A stretch of 64,000 nt of DNA from Nemertoderma westbladi. Its lineage: Eukaryota; Animalia; Xenacoelomorpha. A model generated the notes under the pieces. The model was not told the DNA's origin. It saw only the letters and a program-made list of their open reading frames with translations, and searched no databases. Positions 46,011 to 60,610 of the stretch are shown in pieces (positions within the stretch are counted from its first letter, which is position 1; every line of letters starts with the position of its first letter). Both the position numbers and the translations under genes were made by a program. The stretch lies in the NCBI GenBank assembly GCA_032718475.1, contig JAUCBJ010002000.1, positions 9,033 through 73,032 on the forward strand, in the 5' to 3' direction.

Positions 46011-47889
46011 AATAATAATACAACAGGTGTTGCACGAGGGACCTGACATGCAATCACTACTCCAGTAGTGCAAAAGACTTTCGAAGTTAATTCGTAGATT
46101 ATTTAATGTCACCATTTGCATATGCATAGCCTACCGGTGCGGTGTTGAGCCACACTTTGTTTCCTCCCACCCTAGAGGAGTGATAGAGCCCTGTAATAAT
46201 TCCACTTGCTAGGCCTTTGTTCTGCCCCAGATCCACTTTTCATCATCTAATCTATTTGCTTCATTGGGTTGGTTCCAAGTATGTAGAATTTATATATAAA
46301 ATGACAATAATAAAAAGCATACGATAATATGTCTGAAACAATGTCTACCATAAGTCATATTCGTTTATTATGGCTCCTAAAAGATGAACACATTGTAGTC
46401 TCTATGATGACGTTTACACATAAACTACCAAATTTCAACATGCACAATGCAGTATTAGTCCTGTTTTATCTACTTGAAAGTTGAAAGCTGGCTTCTCTAG
46501 CATTGACAACCATAACAATGAGAATTAACACCTATTTAACTAGAACGCCATCAAGATTGCTTTAAACGAACCTGTCTTACACAGACTCCAAGAAACAGAT
46601 GGGATTGGAAGATGCAAACCAAGAATGAGTTGCATCAACCAAAAAACAGCCTCCCATCTAATGTAATACACATTCGCCTAGGCAAACAAATCATAATCAC
46701 AATTACTACGATGATGTGTGAAATGGTATCCATATCCGCAACCTGAGAAACGGCCCAAAAGAGCAGTCTATTCTGCGGAGGGGTCTTTTCTGTATTAGAT
46801 AAATAAAATAAAGAACACTATAATTACAGTATTTATACCTGATACATTCTCAGTTAGCCTAATAAAAACATCGGAGCAACCAATATAATGTACATGTACA
46901 AGCATCCTATGAAAGTTTGTGAAATGTTCCCTTAAGTCTACCCAACAGCCGTTGGTACCCGGCTGGCAGCCACCCTGGTTCAGTTTTATGGTTTTGTTAG
47001 TTTAATCGACAGCTGTTGTAAACGTCCCAGATATACAAAACCTACTAAGCCTTTGCATTACAATTGAGCTTAGCCTAAGTTGATGACAGTATTATAACGA
47101 TGACAATTAGGCCCTATAGATACATACGATATATAAATGATGTACTGCTTGACATTACACTAACTGGCTGAATAGAGATAGAACTATAATAATACGTTTG
47201 GCATTCTGTCAGATTTCAGTAGTAAGTAACCTCATAATAATTGCTAAATATCAATCACCTGAAAAACATTTCAAGCAAGGGAGTTGTGGGTATTTAATTT
47301 CGCGTTCAATAATGTTGAAAATATGCAAATATTTCGAATATCGCACTTCGAATCGTTCCCAACTTTTTTATTCAACAACTAGACAACAATTGATAAATAC
47401 TTGCGTTTACAATTTTACAATGCATGCAAGTGGTTTCAAGCCATTTGGTGAACATACATAGTGAGTGATATAGTGACATATATAGTGAGTGATATAGGTA
47501 AATATATCCATCGTGTTTTTGCCGGCCTCAGCTTTAGACAAAAACTACCCAGTCTAAAGACAGGTTCGTTATAACTAAATATTGTATAAACCATTTACAG
47601 CTGTGGTATGTTACAAAAATATTGCCAATAATTTTTTATGACCTGAAAGTTGAATGTTAATGTGTGAACAGGAATGCAGTTATTTGAAAGTTGATTCCTT
47701 ACTGGCAACATCATAGAGGCAAATAGTGATAAAATATTATATGCATAGTTAGGACCCCCCCCCTTCCCACCCCCCACAAAAAATACCTAGCACAATTTTA
47801 AATGAACTCCCAAAAAATAAAGACCTGATTGTAGGAAATGGGGAATTACATTCATATTACACTATTATTGGATACTAATTAATTATAGT

Positions 47890-50150
47890 TATTATATACA
47901 AATTGGAGTAGCGAACTCCTTCAATAGAACAGTTTCAATATGTCTAAGAAAGGAGATTCCTTACGCATCTGGCTCAACCGAAATTTGGCTAGGTGGGATA
48001 AATATTTCTCCATTTGACGCAACATCGCCGCGGCCGCTATGAGGGAGGTGAATACCGCGGCCGCTCCTAAAGCCGCAGGCCATCTCTAACTATATAGGTT
48101 AACTTGGGATTCTGGGGGACTTTTCGATGAAGGAACTGACCAAATTTTTTTATTTTCTCACCAGGGGAGCGGCTCGGAATTCTAAGATATTAGCAACTCT
48201 AACATTATTAAATCTAACCCTTCGACGGACACGGCGGACAAAAAACCGTCATTTTTTTGACAATTTTAAAAGTATTTTGAAAGGCGCTCTACAGTGGCTC
48301 GAAAAAACCCTAGGTTATTGCTTAGCCGACGCCGGGCTACGATAGAAGGGATTAATTAGTGAATTCGTTTTTTTTTTCAAAAAAGATTACCACGCCTTTT
48401 TTCCGAAAATGTCCGTCAAAGTTGAAAAAACGGACAAAATGACTTTGCGGGATCCGTTATAACTCGGCTAATATTAATCGTACGGGGACGAAAGTAACGC
48501 GGTTGGAAAGGGGAAGAGTGGTACTACCTTCGTATCGAATGGGGGTAAGATATTTATTAAAATTTCGGGTGGAAAAAGGGGCTGTAAATTTGTACGTTTT
48601 TGCCCGTCTTTTTGGAAAACTTATTTCCGAAATGTTTAATTCGACAACGCGGGTAGGAATCCACTAATTCTTTTATGAAACTCGTAGAAGACCATTGGGG
48701 CTACGTTCCTATCGAATGGGGGTACAAAAAATATGTCGGCAATAGGGGCCAAAAAGGGCCAGAATTTGTAAAGTAGTTTTTGTCGAATAATTTTTTATTT
48801 TTAACTTTAGTTGGTTAAGGTACATTCTATACAGTCAATATCCATACGGGGAATTCAAATATGCTATCGGTTTTGCTCCAAGGATGATATTAAAAAAATG
48901 AGGGCCAAAATTATAATTTCGCGCTTCAAACTTGCTTCGCGGGAAATCGTCTAGCTCGAAAACTACTTAACTTACGGGAGATTTGTTTACACAGACTTAT
49001 AGTGCGTTAAATTATCTATCTAACAGCGTTAATCACAGCGCCGGAGGTATTATAAAACTGGAGCGGCAGGCGATCGTGTGAAATATAATATTTATAAAAA
49101 GGCACGAAAAATTTTTTTTTTAACAAATCGCTATTCCATTATAATTTAGCGTATTGCGCCAAAAGTACCTGTAAAAAGTATCAAATTAACTCCGCTATCT
49201 TTTATCTTAACATATATAATTAAAATTACGAATTTTAAGGGTCGAAAAATATCGCGTTATTTTGGACCTTTTTTTTAATTTTTTTGGGGCCAAAAATAAC
49301 CCCTTCTCAAAAGATTAAGAAAAAAATTACGGCAAAGAATATACCAATTTTATTGAATTTGGACCACCAGAACCGAAGTTAGAGCGATTTTAGTGAAAAA
49401 ATAAAAATAATTTTTTTTGCAAAAAAATTAAGAATGGTCAGGTCAATATTGGATTTCGAACCCGCGAACTTAGGTTTCATTAACGTGATTGATAACCACT
49501 AGACTATGTGACCAAGAGAATTTGAAATTTTCGAGTGACTATTTTTAAACATAAATAACTTCGGTTCTACGGGGCCGTTAAATCTGAAACTTTTTTCATT
49601 GGATAGAGGATAGATTGTAGTGTGTGAAATAGGATAAAACTTGGGAAAAGACTTACGTGCACTTAGTGCAAAATGCACTTAAATAGTGAACATTTTTTCG
49701 ATATTTCAAACACTGTTATTTCCAGTTCTATTCATCGTAGAATGTTATTTTTTGGATTAAAATGTAGTTTGGAATGATTTCTAACTATAATCGTAACATT
49801 TGTTTAACTTTTTATGTCTATAAAGTGACTTAAAAATGTCCATGAATATGGTCCAAAATCGCAAATCCAGATTTATTAAATAGGATTTTTGACACTTTTA
49901 GCGACTGACACTTGATCATACACCATCGTAGATCGGTAAAGGATAAACATAAGTTAAATAAGAGCCACCATTACGATCTGCTAAAGTGCATTTGTACAAA
50001 TAAGTGTGCAAAAGTGCAAATTTTTTAATAAGGTCAAATTATATAGTATTGGGTTCTTTTCTTTGCAGATACTTTATTTTCATATTAATCTTACTGAGCG
50101 CATTAGGGGATATGCGTACAAATAACCGGCCCTTATGAGGCTTCGATTGG
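47890..50150. mobile_element. Probable non-autonomous element (Helitron/MITE-like), class unresolved
   Basis: CpG-rich block with recurrent TAACT(T)CGG..TACGGGG motifs and a tRNA-like B-box piece at ~49450..49510. No ORF, termini not resolved. Confidence 0.35.
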
Positions 50151-51883
50151 GTAAATTAATAAAACATAAGGTTGTATAGTATAATATTCTATAAACCAGT
50201 GTGATATTAAATGCACTTTAAATAATAAATAGAAATCAAATAACAATTGGACCACACAATTAAAAACTCGCACAATTTTGTACTTATTCTATCGCTTCAA
50301 ATTAATTCAACAGTGGATATTTGTGGGAAGGGGGAAGTTACAGTGTGCATTCGGGGGAAGTTTGGTGAACTGCATTTATGCAGTGAATCCAAACTCCCCC
50401 CTTTGATATATCATATACTTAAGACATGCTAGGGTGACGGGGAAATATTTGTTACTGTCACACTTTGCTTCCATTTATCCTATCCTTTATTATTACCCCT
50501 GTCAGATAAGAGATAATAAATCAGTAAAAACTAAATTAAACTGTCTTTCATGCAAACAAATTTCTAACTAAAGACGGGTGAATGACCATGACCATGGAAA
50601 TAATTTTAAATATAATTGTATATCAACTATTTGGGGAGGCTTCCAAGTTAAACCCGAAAACAATTATTTTGTTACATATATAGTAAATAACGTTGTATGT
50701 TCTTCTTCCTCTCATAATAAAATATAAATGAAATATCTCAGATAGCTATGCCCTGTAACATTTCACAACCAAAATATTTAAGTGTGAAAAGTGTAGGCCT
50801 ACCACACTCCGCCCAAACAACCGCAAACGCATAGCCAACAAATTTAACAAAAGGTTACATACATGTTGGGTTCATGACGAGATGAGTGAAAATTGATCGC
50901 GTAATATAAAGTAAAAAATTAAGAGACGGGCTGACTCTCCTCCACTTTCTTACCCAATGGATATGTTGTTGTAATAATCTAATATTGGGGCGGCGTTCTC
51001 TCGGTGACCATTGATGTTTATTGTGGTTAACTCTCTTTACGTGCTAGGATATGGATAATCAATGAGTTTAGTACGGTGACGATTATGTAGTATAGTGTTC
51101 AGTAACTGATAATATCCCGAATATTAAATGTTTTATGCAAATACATTAAGATAAATTGGTGTTAGGCTGGACACATGCGCCATATTCGCACACTAATTAA
51201 CAATACATTAATTATATATCATTGCATATTACATGTACATATATAAATAGGTGTAGTTACTACTAGAAAATTAACATAACTTCATTCAATTCAAAGTATA
51301 GTTCTGCTCCATCTTATAAATTTGGTTATAGGTTCTGTTAAGTTCTGCCTGACAACTACAATATTACCGAATGTTAGTAAGTTGCAAAATTATTTTATTG
51401 TATTGTTATATTCAATGAATAAAATTTAGGCTATGCACTGCTGCATAAGCTCATAGTGTGTGACAATGCCCGAGTCAATGATGAAGATGTAACTATGTAC
51501 ATATACATTTTATAAATCCTACTGTAATTACGGTACACAGATATACTGTAAATTATTAATAAACAAATAACTCTAATAACTAATAAAACCGAAGTACTAT
51601 GTCAATCATAACAAATTACTGTAATGAATTTCTCGTGCCTTTGGCACGATAAACTCCTAAAACGGCTATGTATCTCTAAGATCCAAAAAATGTTCCTTCC
51701 CTTATTGTTTTGGTTTCTCGGTGACAAGACTGACTTGAAAATAGCTCGCAATAATACACGGTCCTTCAATGACTTGTTATTTACTTACATCCACAACCCT
51801 TTCAATATAGTACTAAAACACAGTGATTTCTGTTCTCGCCAGATGTTATATTGCTTCCTTCTGGTATAAAAATTGCGTACTCT

Positions 51884-53459
51884 CACCCCTGGTTTTAAAA
51901 ACTTTTAGTGTCATGAAAAATACCGTAAAATCTGTGACTGCCAGCTCTTATATAATGGTCTGCATAGCTAAAAAAAATATTTTTTAAAATATTTTATCGA
52001 GCTCCTTTTTTTTAGCACCTAAAAATGTGTTCTAGAACATTTCTTCGGTGGTGTGCGGAGTTGTCGAATTTAGGTATCCTGAATACTGATTCCTTATATT
52101 AGCCATTATATGCGAAATTCGCTCAGGATTTCAAATCTGCAAACAGTTTCATCATATCTTGTTTAGTTTTCGAGATATCGTGAAAAATGTGATGCGCACC
52201 CAAAAAGTGCGTGCGGCGCCAAATTTTCAATTTTCAGTAAATTGAAATATTCACTAAAAAATGAAAATTATCGATTTCTATAGGTTTTTTGCGATGCTGA
52301 ATGCAATGGTAATATTTTCCAGAAGGCTGGGTGAATTGTCATACTACTTTTCATTGGGTGCTGAAATTTGGAAAATGAAAATCAAATTTTCAACCATTGG
52401 AAATTTTCAATATAAAGCTCTGATTTACGATTTATTAAGATTCTGTGTGTTGCTGAATGTAACAGTAATGTTTTTTCAATAAGAGGTTTACTGTGTATAC
52501 AATTTTTACTAAACTGTCTAAAAAATGTGATGAGATATATTTAATTTCTAATTCATAAGTTTGTAATATTGTCATCCTACTTATATATTCTAAAATATTT
52601 CAAAACACAATACTTCGATTAATTATCTTTATGTATTATTATTAAACTTTTATGAATATTTATATAACTTTTACAAAGTTTTGAATAACTTTTAGCACTT
52701 TTCTATGACTTTTTTCGGATTTTTCTATAACTTTTAGACAATTTTATACCGCTTTTAATACATGTTTTGGAAATTATTATATAACTTTTGGTAATTTTTA
52801 TACAGCTTTTGCTAACGAATATGATGCTTTGGGAAACATTATATACATAGTAAACCAGTTATCCAGAAAATAATACTGTATCATTCAAAACCATACAAAA
52901 CCTGAAAAAATAGCTAATCATAGGTTTAAACGGGATATTACCAAACTTATAAAATTTGTCATTTTTGTTTTTAAAATTTCAGCACCCAATGAAAAGTAGC
53001 ACAACAATTCACTCAGACTTTTGGAAAATATTACCATTGCATTCAGCATGGCAGAAAACCTATAGAAATCGATAATTTTCATTTTTTAGTGAATATTTCA
53101 ATTTACTGAAAATTGAAAATTTGGCACCGCACGCACTTTTTGGGTGCGCATCACATTTTTCACGATATCTCGAAAACTAAACAAGATATGATGAAACTGT
53201 TTGCAGATTTGAAATCCTGAGCGAATTTCGCATATAATGGCTAATATAAGGAATCAGTATTCAAGTTACCTAAATTCGACAACTCCGCACACCACCGAAA
53301 AAATGTTCTAGAACACATTTTTAGGTGCTAAAAAAAAGGAGCTCGATAAAATATTTTAAAAAATATTTTTTTTTGCTATGCAGACCATTATATAGGAGCT
53401 GGCAGTCACAGATTTTGCGGTATTTTTCATGACACTAAAAGTTTTTAAAACCAGGGGTG
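51884..53459. mobile_element. Non-autonomous fold-back element with ~500-bp TIRs; Transib-like signature
   Basis: Ends 5'-CACCCCTGG..CCAGGGGTG-3'. 5-bp TSD ACTCT at 51879..51883 and 53460..53464. Arms ~51884..52390 and ~52950..53459 are almost identical. Confidence 0.9.
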
Positions 53460-55398
53460 ACTCTATGTAACACCTATGAAAAACCTTTACGAAGACGGAA
53501 AAAGAGAAACCGGGAGAGGGGTGCTTTGGGTCCGGATCCAAAACATAGCCTCGAAAAATAATACAATCCAAAAAATTGTAACCGAAAAATAGTACATAAA
53601 ATACAGTATTTTAGTCGTTTCGTTATGCTATAATACTCTGGAAAAATATAGTCAAAATCCACAAAAGGGATACTGAAAAAGTCAAATCATGTCTTAAAAG
53701 GTATGAAAAGGTCTGAAAAAATCTTATAAGTCTGATAAAATTGTCATTGTCCCACCTTGCTATGTGTTCTTGGTTGTATTAAATTCTATTTTTGCAGTAT
53801 ATTTTGAGGTTTATTTTTTTAGTTCGTAATAATTGACAGAATAATTTCTTTCTGTGATTATTTTTTCTATTTTAATATGTATATGATATTACAAATGTTT
53901 TCAAATTTGGAATCTTGAAAAAAAAGGACTATCCTCTAGCACTATTCTTGTAGTGTTGTTGCTTTAGTGAAGGGTGTTAGTTGCTAAGTTACATGTTGAA
54001 TCGGCGTGACCCATTAGAATCATATAATCTTGCGATAAATTATAAATTATATTCAATTTGAAAGAAAAATAAAATTTCAAAATGAATTTGATTTGATTAC
54101 ACTTTTGTTTTCGCTTTTGATTTCACTTTCACTTTTAAAATGATTTTCTTCCTGTGGCCTATTAGAGACAAAAACGGCAGTAAAATGCCCTTGGGAATTC
54201 ACTGACAACCTGTTATTGAATGATAAATTGAGTCAATCATTTGACAATACTTATTGCAAACATTGGGTTTTTTGAATTTATCTATACTGCGTTTGGCGCA
54301 GTTTCCTACACAAAAGTATAGTTTGCTAGTAGCTATTTCAGGGTCAAGAGTTTCTAGTTGGCACCTTGCAAGTCTACAGCTTTCCATTACTAGGACAGTA
54401 ACTAAAGTGAACAAGACGTTTCAGCCTTCACTAATATCTAATTTTTCCCCGAATTCTGCAGAAACTGCAGAATCCAGCTGAGATCCAGCTTCACACTACA
54501 GCTGAGCAACAGGTATGAGGCTCTTGCCTCTGAGGCGGCAGATCACTGTGAGGGCTATACTGCCTTTACAGAAGCAGTTAAGTTAGCAGCTGCAGAAACA
54601 GTTCCTGTATACCCTCGAAACAGGAAAAGGGCCCCCTGGACTGACAACAAAATTCAGAAGTGCCGAAATGACCTTCATAAGGCGCAGAAAGAGTCCCGAC
54701 TCAAACAGACTACAGCGGCCAAGAATGCAGTTAAGGCTGCATCTAGGTCCCTGAACAGGCAGTACTCTGTTAATCTACAGGAGCTAATAAACCAACAGGT
54801 TGATGCCATCAATGATGCTGACGACAGCAGGCAATCATCCCAGGCATGGAAATCAATCAATCTGCTTACTGGGCGGAAAAGCCAACCAACCACCAAGGTT
54901 AAGGCTGAATCACCAGCCGATCGCCTCAATGGTTGGAAAGCCCACTTTGAAAAGCTCCTCAATAATGACAGGGTATTGCCTGATAACTTTATAGAAGTAA
55001 AAGTGTCTGAGTCTGTACTCCCAGATATTCCCATTGGCGATATCTCCTTTGCAGAAGTGCAGGCTGCTGCAAAGAGCATTAAGACCAATCGTGCCAGTGG
55101 AGTAGATGGTGTTCCCCCTGAGGTCTTTAAAATACCTGAGTGTTTAAAGCTCATCTATCCCATCATAGTAGACATGTACCGAACAACAAGAGTCCCACAA
55201 GAAATGAAAACAAATAAGTTGGTGCCAGTTCCCAAGAAGGGCAACCTAACACTCTATGGTTCTTTTCGGGGAATCTCATTGATCTCGATTGCTGCAAAGC
55301 TATACAATAGGATTCTATTAAATCGCATCAGGGATCCCATTGAGAGACTGCTCCGTGGAAATCAGAATGGGTTCCGTAAAGGTCGTGGGACCATGGAG

Positions 55399-58300
55399 TA
55401 AGGTGGAGTGATTTGCACTTTTTTTCGAATTTGTGTTGGAACCGGGGTGGGAAAGTTGTGAAATCGGTCAAAAATAACTACTACAAAGTTTTACAAAATT
55501 TCATCAAAATCTTCACCTCTCTCACGACTTTCCAAAATTTGAAAACTGATGGGCGCCTTCAAAAATTTAAAAAGTTTTGTAATTTCACGCAAGCCTTTAT
55601 TTTTTACTGAACCATGCAAGAGTATCTTTAAAATGAGTCAATGGGAGCCGTGAAAACCTTTGATCTATTTTGGTTTTTATCTTCACCTCCATCCAGAGGT
55701 GACAAAATGGACAAAAAAGTGCACAAATTTAAAGTACTCTTGTACTTCCAAGTACTATTTTAAACCTACTGCGTACTTGATTTGCTAAACATTACCACAA
55801 ATACTAATAAAGAGATGGCGGGATTTTTAAAATTGTTGTTGATGAGTGTACTGTCAGGTGATGGCATTCTGAAATCAGTAATTCACTTTTTACATACTCT
55901 AAAGTCAGTCTTGACATACTGAGTGACTGACATAACATGTTAGTATTAGTACTGTTATGTCATTTCAGAATTTACTTTTGCTACTTGTATCGATTTATCA
56001 AAGACCAAAAATTATCAATTGTACCAGAAACATAACTGTCATCTTTAACTAGGTAGGCCTAACTGTTTCTGGTACACACAACTGTGTTTAGTGAACAGCT
56101 TGCTAGGGCAATGGATTAGCAAAATTTGGACAGTAGGCCTATACACAAATTTCAAATTAGAATTCATGGACATACATGTAAGTCTAATCTCACTATTAGT
56201 TATTGAACACTAATATAAGTTATAAGTTAAACTTGAAAGCTGGTCACTTCAACATGTCAGTGGATCTTACACCATCAACAAGTGGAATACGTATTGATAC
56301 AAGGCCTAAGTGTCCTATATTTGGGTATGCAACGGAACTGCCTAAAAATAAGCTGCCTACATATCGTGACATATTGCTTTGCTTTCTAAACTTGCGACAA
56401 CCATTTAGACGAGGATCAGCTGGAAATAAAAAAAACTGCTGAAATATCTGCCAGTGTTGCCAAACATGTTGCAGAGGTGTGGCACCGAGCATCCATTCCA
56501 ACAATGCATTATAAAAAGTTAATCCAGAAGGTATCAAAATATTACGAAAAGTACCAGAAACTCCTTAAGAACATTAAGGGTCGTTCTCAGACTGAGGCTT
56601 TTAAGTTAAAGTTAATCGATTTTAAAACGGGTGGAGATTTGTTATTCGATGTTGCTTCCTGTAGGTGTGTAAACTTTGTAGAATGTCATTGTGATAAAGC
56701 TCTAAAGATACCTATTATAGAACGTGCATTCATTACTGACCAAAGAAGTTCTCGACGAATGGCCATTGGAGGGGTGGATATTAAGGAAACTGAATTGAGA
56801 CATAAACGCAACCTTCGGAAACAGGCTAATAAAGCTACTAACCTCGGTGACAATGCTACAGATCCTGTCCAAGTTGATACTGATTCCAGTTCTATAGCAT
56901 CTGATCCAGATTCTGATAATGATTTTGTAGCCACAATTCGAAAACAAAGTGAACCATCATTATCCAGGTTATCTAGAGAGTGTGACCGTTATGGAGTGTC
57001 AGACCGTGCTGGTGCAGCTATTGCTACAGCCATTCTTGAAGATATTGGCATGGTTGGTCAGGAATCTTCTGATCTTGTTGTAGATCGCTCAAAGTTACGT
57101 AGAGAACGTTCAAAGCACCATGCAGGTTTACAAAGTTCCATAGTTGTCGAAGTCAAAGGCCTCTACTTTGATGGGAAAAAGAACAGCACTAGAACACAGA
57201 CAAAGGTAGGAACTAGAGTCTTCCCACGAATGAGAAGTGAAAATCATATTGCTCTGGTAGAAGAACCTGGTTCAAAGTATCTTGGGCATGTGGCGGCAAT
57301 TTCAGAAAAGTCGGTAGATGTACTTAATTCAATAGAAAGTTTTTTCAATCGAAATGACATTGCGATTATTGATCTAGATTGTGTGGGGAGTGATGGCACT
57401 AATGTAAATACAGGTAAGAATAGAGGCATCATCCGCCATCTGGAAGAATCAGTGAAGCACCCAGTCTGTTGGTTCATTTGTTTACTCCATTGTAATGAAT
57501 TACCATTACGTCATTTATTTTCTCACTTGGATGGCACAACATCTGGTCCGAACACATTTACTGGGCCAATAGGAGGTCAGCTGGCATTGTGTCACCATCA
57601 ACCAATTGTGAAATTTAAAGCCATTGATGGACCACATCTATCACCGATTCTAGACAAATATTAGGACCTCAGCAGTGATCAGAAGTATCTGTATGAGATA
57701 GTGCATGCTGTTAAGTCTGGCAGCTGTTCTGACACTATTGCACATTGGACCCCAGGTCCAATATCCCATTCCAGATGGTTAACGGTAGCAAGTCGTCTCC
57801 TTCGTCTCTATGTATCCACTCAGGAACCCACTGACACATTAGTAACGCTGTCCACATTTGTTATTAAGGTGTATGCACCACTATGGTTTGAAATCAAAGT
57901 TAACTGGTTATTCTTTCATGGAGCTTGTCATTTAGCTAAGATGATTTCCTATAGTAACTACTTACCAGATCATCTTAAATCAATTGTCCAAGATGTCATT
58001 CAGAGAAATGGGTATTTTGGACATCCTGAGAACATTCTTCTCGCGATGATTAATGATGAACACAAATACATCCGTCAGCTAGGGTATAGACGAATTCTTG
58101 CCGCCAAAAGAGAGTTTGACGCCAGAGATACAAAAAATTCGGGTATTTGCACCACCGCCATTAAACTTTAATATCACTGAATCAGATTACATCGGACTTG
58201 TTGATTGGTCAGTAGTAAAGAAATCTGTTCCTCCATTGCTGCGCAAGCTTACTGTTGAGGAGTTGACTGTACTCTGTACCTCTGGTGACATCATCGATCT

Positions 58301-59036
58301 ACCAAAATTTCCCAATCACACTCAAGCTGTAGAAAGGATTATACGACTGATATCACCAGCAGCTTCTACACTTGTTGGTGGAGACCGTCGTGATGGCTAC
58401 ATACGTTCTAAGTTGGAGTCCCGGTCTTTGATTCCTTCATACCAAACAAAGAAAGACTATAAATTCACTACCTAAACTATGATCATTCAACTCAACTCTT
58501 AAATCTGCAGAGCCGTGTCCGTCTGTAGACTATGTAATATAAACTGATTAATGGTAGTCTTGGGGTCAAATTTAAATCAGTATTATATACTTGAATGTCA
58601 TATAGTATAATGGTTCTGTCAGAAATAAATAAATTGAATATTGTTGTAGTCCAAAGTTATTTAAGTTTCTCATAATTTACGAAAGCTCATTTGACATTTT
58701 TGACACTTTGCACCCCAAATTGTTAACAATTGACATCCCTTGAGGGAGGTGAAGATGTTAACCAAAATTTTTAAAAAAATTTTGCAGTTACTTTTGACTC
58801 TCTTGAAAGATTTTATTGCCAGGTTCAGTCAAAAATAAACGCTTGTATCAAATTACAAAATTTTAAACATTTTTGAAGGCGCGCACCAATTTTCAAATTT
58901 TTGAAGGTTGTGAGAGAGGTGAAGATGTTGATGAAATTTTATGAAACTTTGTAATAGTTATTTTTGACCTATTTCACAACTTTCCCACCCCGGTTCCAAC
59001 TCAAATTCGAAAAAAAGTGCAAATCACTCCATCTTA
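55399..59036 (+). mobile_element. hAT-related (hATm-like) DNA transposon, 3.6 kb
   Basis: Ends TAAGGTGGAGTGATTTGCAC / GTGCAAATCACTCCATCTTA within ~290-bp imperfect TIRs. 8-bp TSD CCATGGAG at 55391..55398 and 59037..59044. Confidence 0.93.
56203..58475 (+). pseudogene. hATm-like transposase (two frameshifts, one in-frame TAG at 57662..57664)
   Basis: KLPTYRDIL, WHRASIP, LYFDGK, GSDGTNVNTG, ICLLHCNELPLRHLF, HSRWLT, HPENILLAM, FPNHTQAVERII. Confidence 0.88.
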
Positions 59037-60396
59037 CCATGGAGCCCATTTTGGCACTTAGAAGGATAATTGAAGAATTATCAAAAAAGAAAGACAGGCA
59101 TCTGGCTGTTATCTTTGTTGACTTCTTCAAGGCCTTTGATTCAGTCTCTCGCTCACGTATGTTCAGCATACTTTCATTATATGGGATTCCTGATGAAATT
59201 ATTGCAGCAATCAGATCAGTATACGATGGTTCGACAACATTTGTATCTACTGTTGACGGTGACACAGAACCATTTGAAGTGTTATGGGGCGTCCTCCAAG
59301 GAGACACACTTGCACCATTCTTGTTCATTATTGTGGTTGACTATGTTCTACGCATGTCCTTAGATCATCATAATGATGATGGGGTGATGATAACTCCACC
59401 TACTGGCTCCAGAAGTCGAGGAAATCCTGCCAAGTACCTAACTGATCTAGACTTTGCTGATGACTTAGGAGTACTCTCAGAATCATTAGAGGGAGCCCAA
59501 CGGCTCCTCAGCTCATTAGAACATGCTGCTTCTAGTGTTGGTCTTTTTATTAACTCCAGAAAGACCAAAATTCTGACCGTTAACTTTGAAAGTCCTCAGC
59601 AAGTCTCTGATCGGATGAGCATAAGCTCAAAGGATGGTATGCTTGAGCATGTGGACGACTTCTGTTACCTGGGATCATGGATCCGGAAGTCAGGTGAGGA
59701 CCTTCGAATACGTAAGGGAAAGGCATGGGCAGCCTTGAATAGGCTTTCCAGGATTTGGAAGTCACCGAGAATTAATCGGAAACTTAAGGTCCGATTATTT
59801 AGAGCAGCAGTAGTTCCAGTACTCCTCTATGGGAGTCCATGCTGGGCTCTAACTGCTGAGGACACCAAATCTCTGGATGGCACATTCACAAGAATGCTAC
59901 GCCGGGTTCATTGTGTCAAGTACAATGCACACATCTCCAACCAGACACTATATAACATTGGAGGTGTCTCATTGGTTCCCCCAAGCTTGACACTAGAACA
60001 AAACCGCCTCCGCTTTGCAGGACATTGCTTTCGCCGTGAGGACCAGCCAGTGCATAATCTTGTACTTTGGCAGCCTCATGGAGTGAATAAGCATGGTGGA
60101 CAGCCCATGACTTTCTTGAGACGCATCTTAAAGGACACTGGCCTTAAAGATGCGGATGATCTAGCAAATGTCATGGGTGATAGGGAGTTGTGGCGGTGCA
60201 ATTTTGTTGACAAGCCGGCACAGCATTCTTAAAAATGCAGCTGCAATGCAGCATGCCGATCCTAGTAGTAGCAGAAACTGCTTTAAACTTATCAGTGATA
60301 CTAGCGGCTACGGTATGCATCTGTGTGAACCATTGAATATTCAGTACCGTCTGCACCATATAGGTTATTCTAATTTCTATTTTTTTTTTATAATAG

Positions 60397-60610
60397 ATGG
60401 ACTTTCTGTATACGATATTGGTTTCGTTCTTAGTATTCTCTACTGTGGTGTCTAGAAGTGCTTTGAATGAATCCAAATGCCCATCATTATACAACACATG
60501 GTGTCATAAACAATGCACCTATGGGTTTCAAACTGACAGCAATGGATGCATTGTCTGTGATTGTAAAACTGGAGAGATTGGATCACTCTATGGAGATATT
60601 ATACTATCAG
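60397..60610 (+). CDS. Coding exon 1 of an antistasin-domain astacin-like metalloprotease precursor
   Basis: MDFLYTILVSFLVFSTVVS (signal peptide), CPSLYNTWCHKQCTYGFQTDSNGCIVCDC (antistasin pattern), LYGDII (astacin pro-motif), then G|gtcaga. 214 nt, phase 1. Confidence 0.82.

Larger units (their letters stand above)
54469..60270 (+). mobile_element. 5'-truncated RTE-clade LINE with intact RT, split by a DNA transposon
   Basis: FTLQLSNRY..PKKGNL..FRGISL..QNGFRKGR | FVDFFKAFDSV, GVLQGDTLAPFLF, DFADD, YLGS, RLRFAGH. TAG tail. TSD GCAGAAACTGC at 54458..54468 and 60271..60281. Confidence 0.95.

Noticed and set aside
46480-46815. Possible Penelope 3' end with a hammerhead
   Set aside because: The core reads CTGAGAA rather than CTGANGA and the coding similarity is marginal.
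58964-59040. N-terminus of the 422-aa RT ORF (MTYFTTFPPRFQLKFEKK)
   Set aside because: It is read-through from the right TIR of the inserted DNA transposon, not part of the RTE protein.
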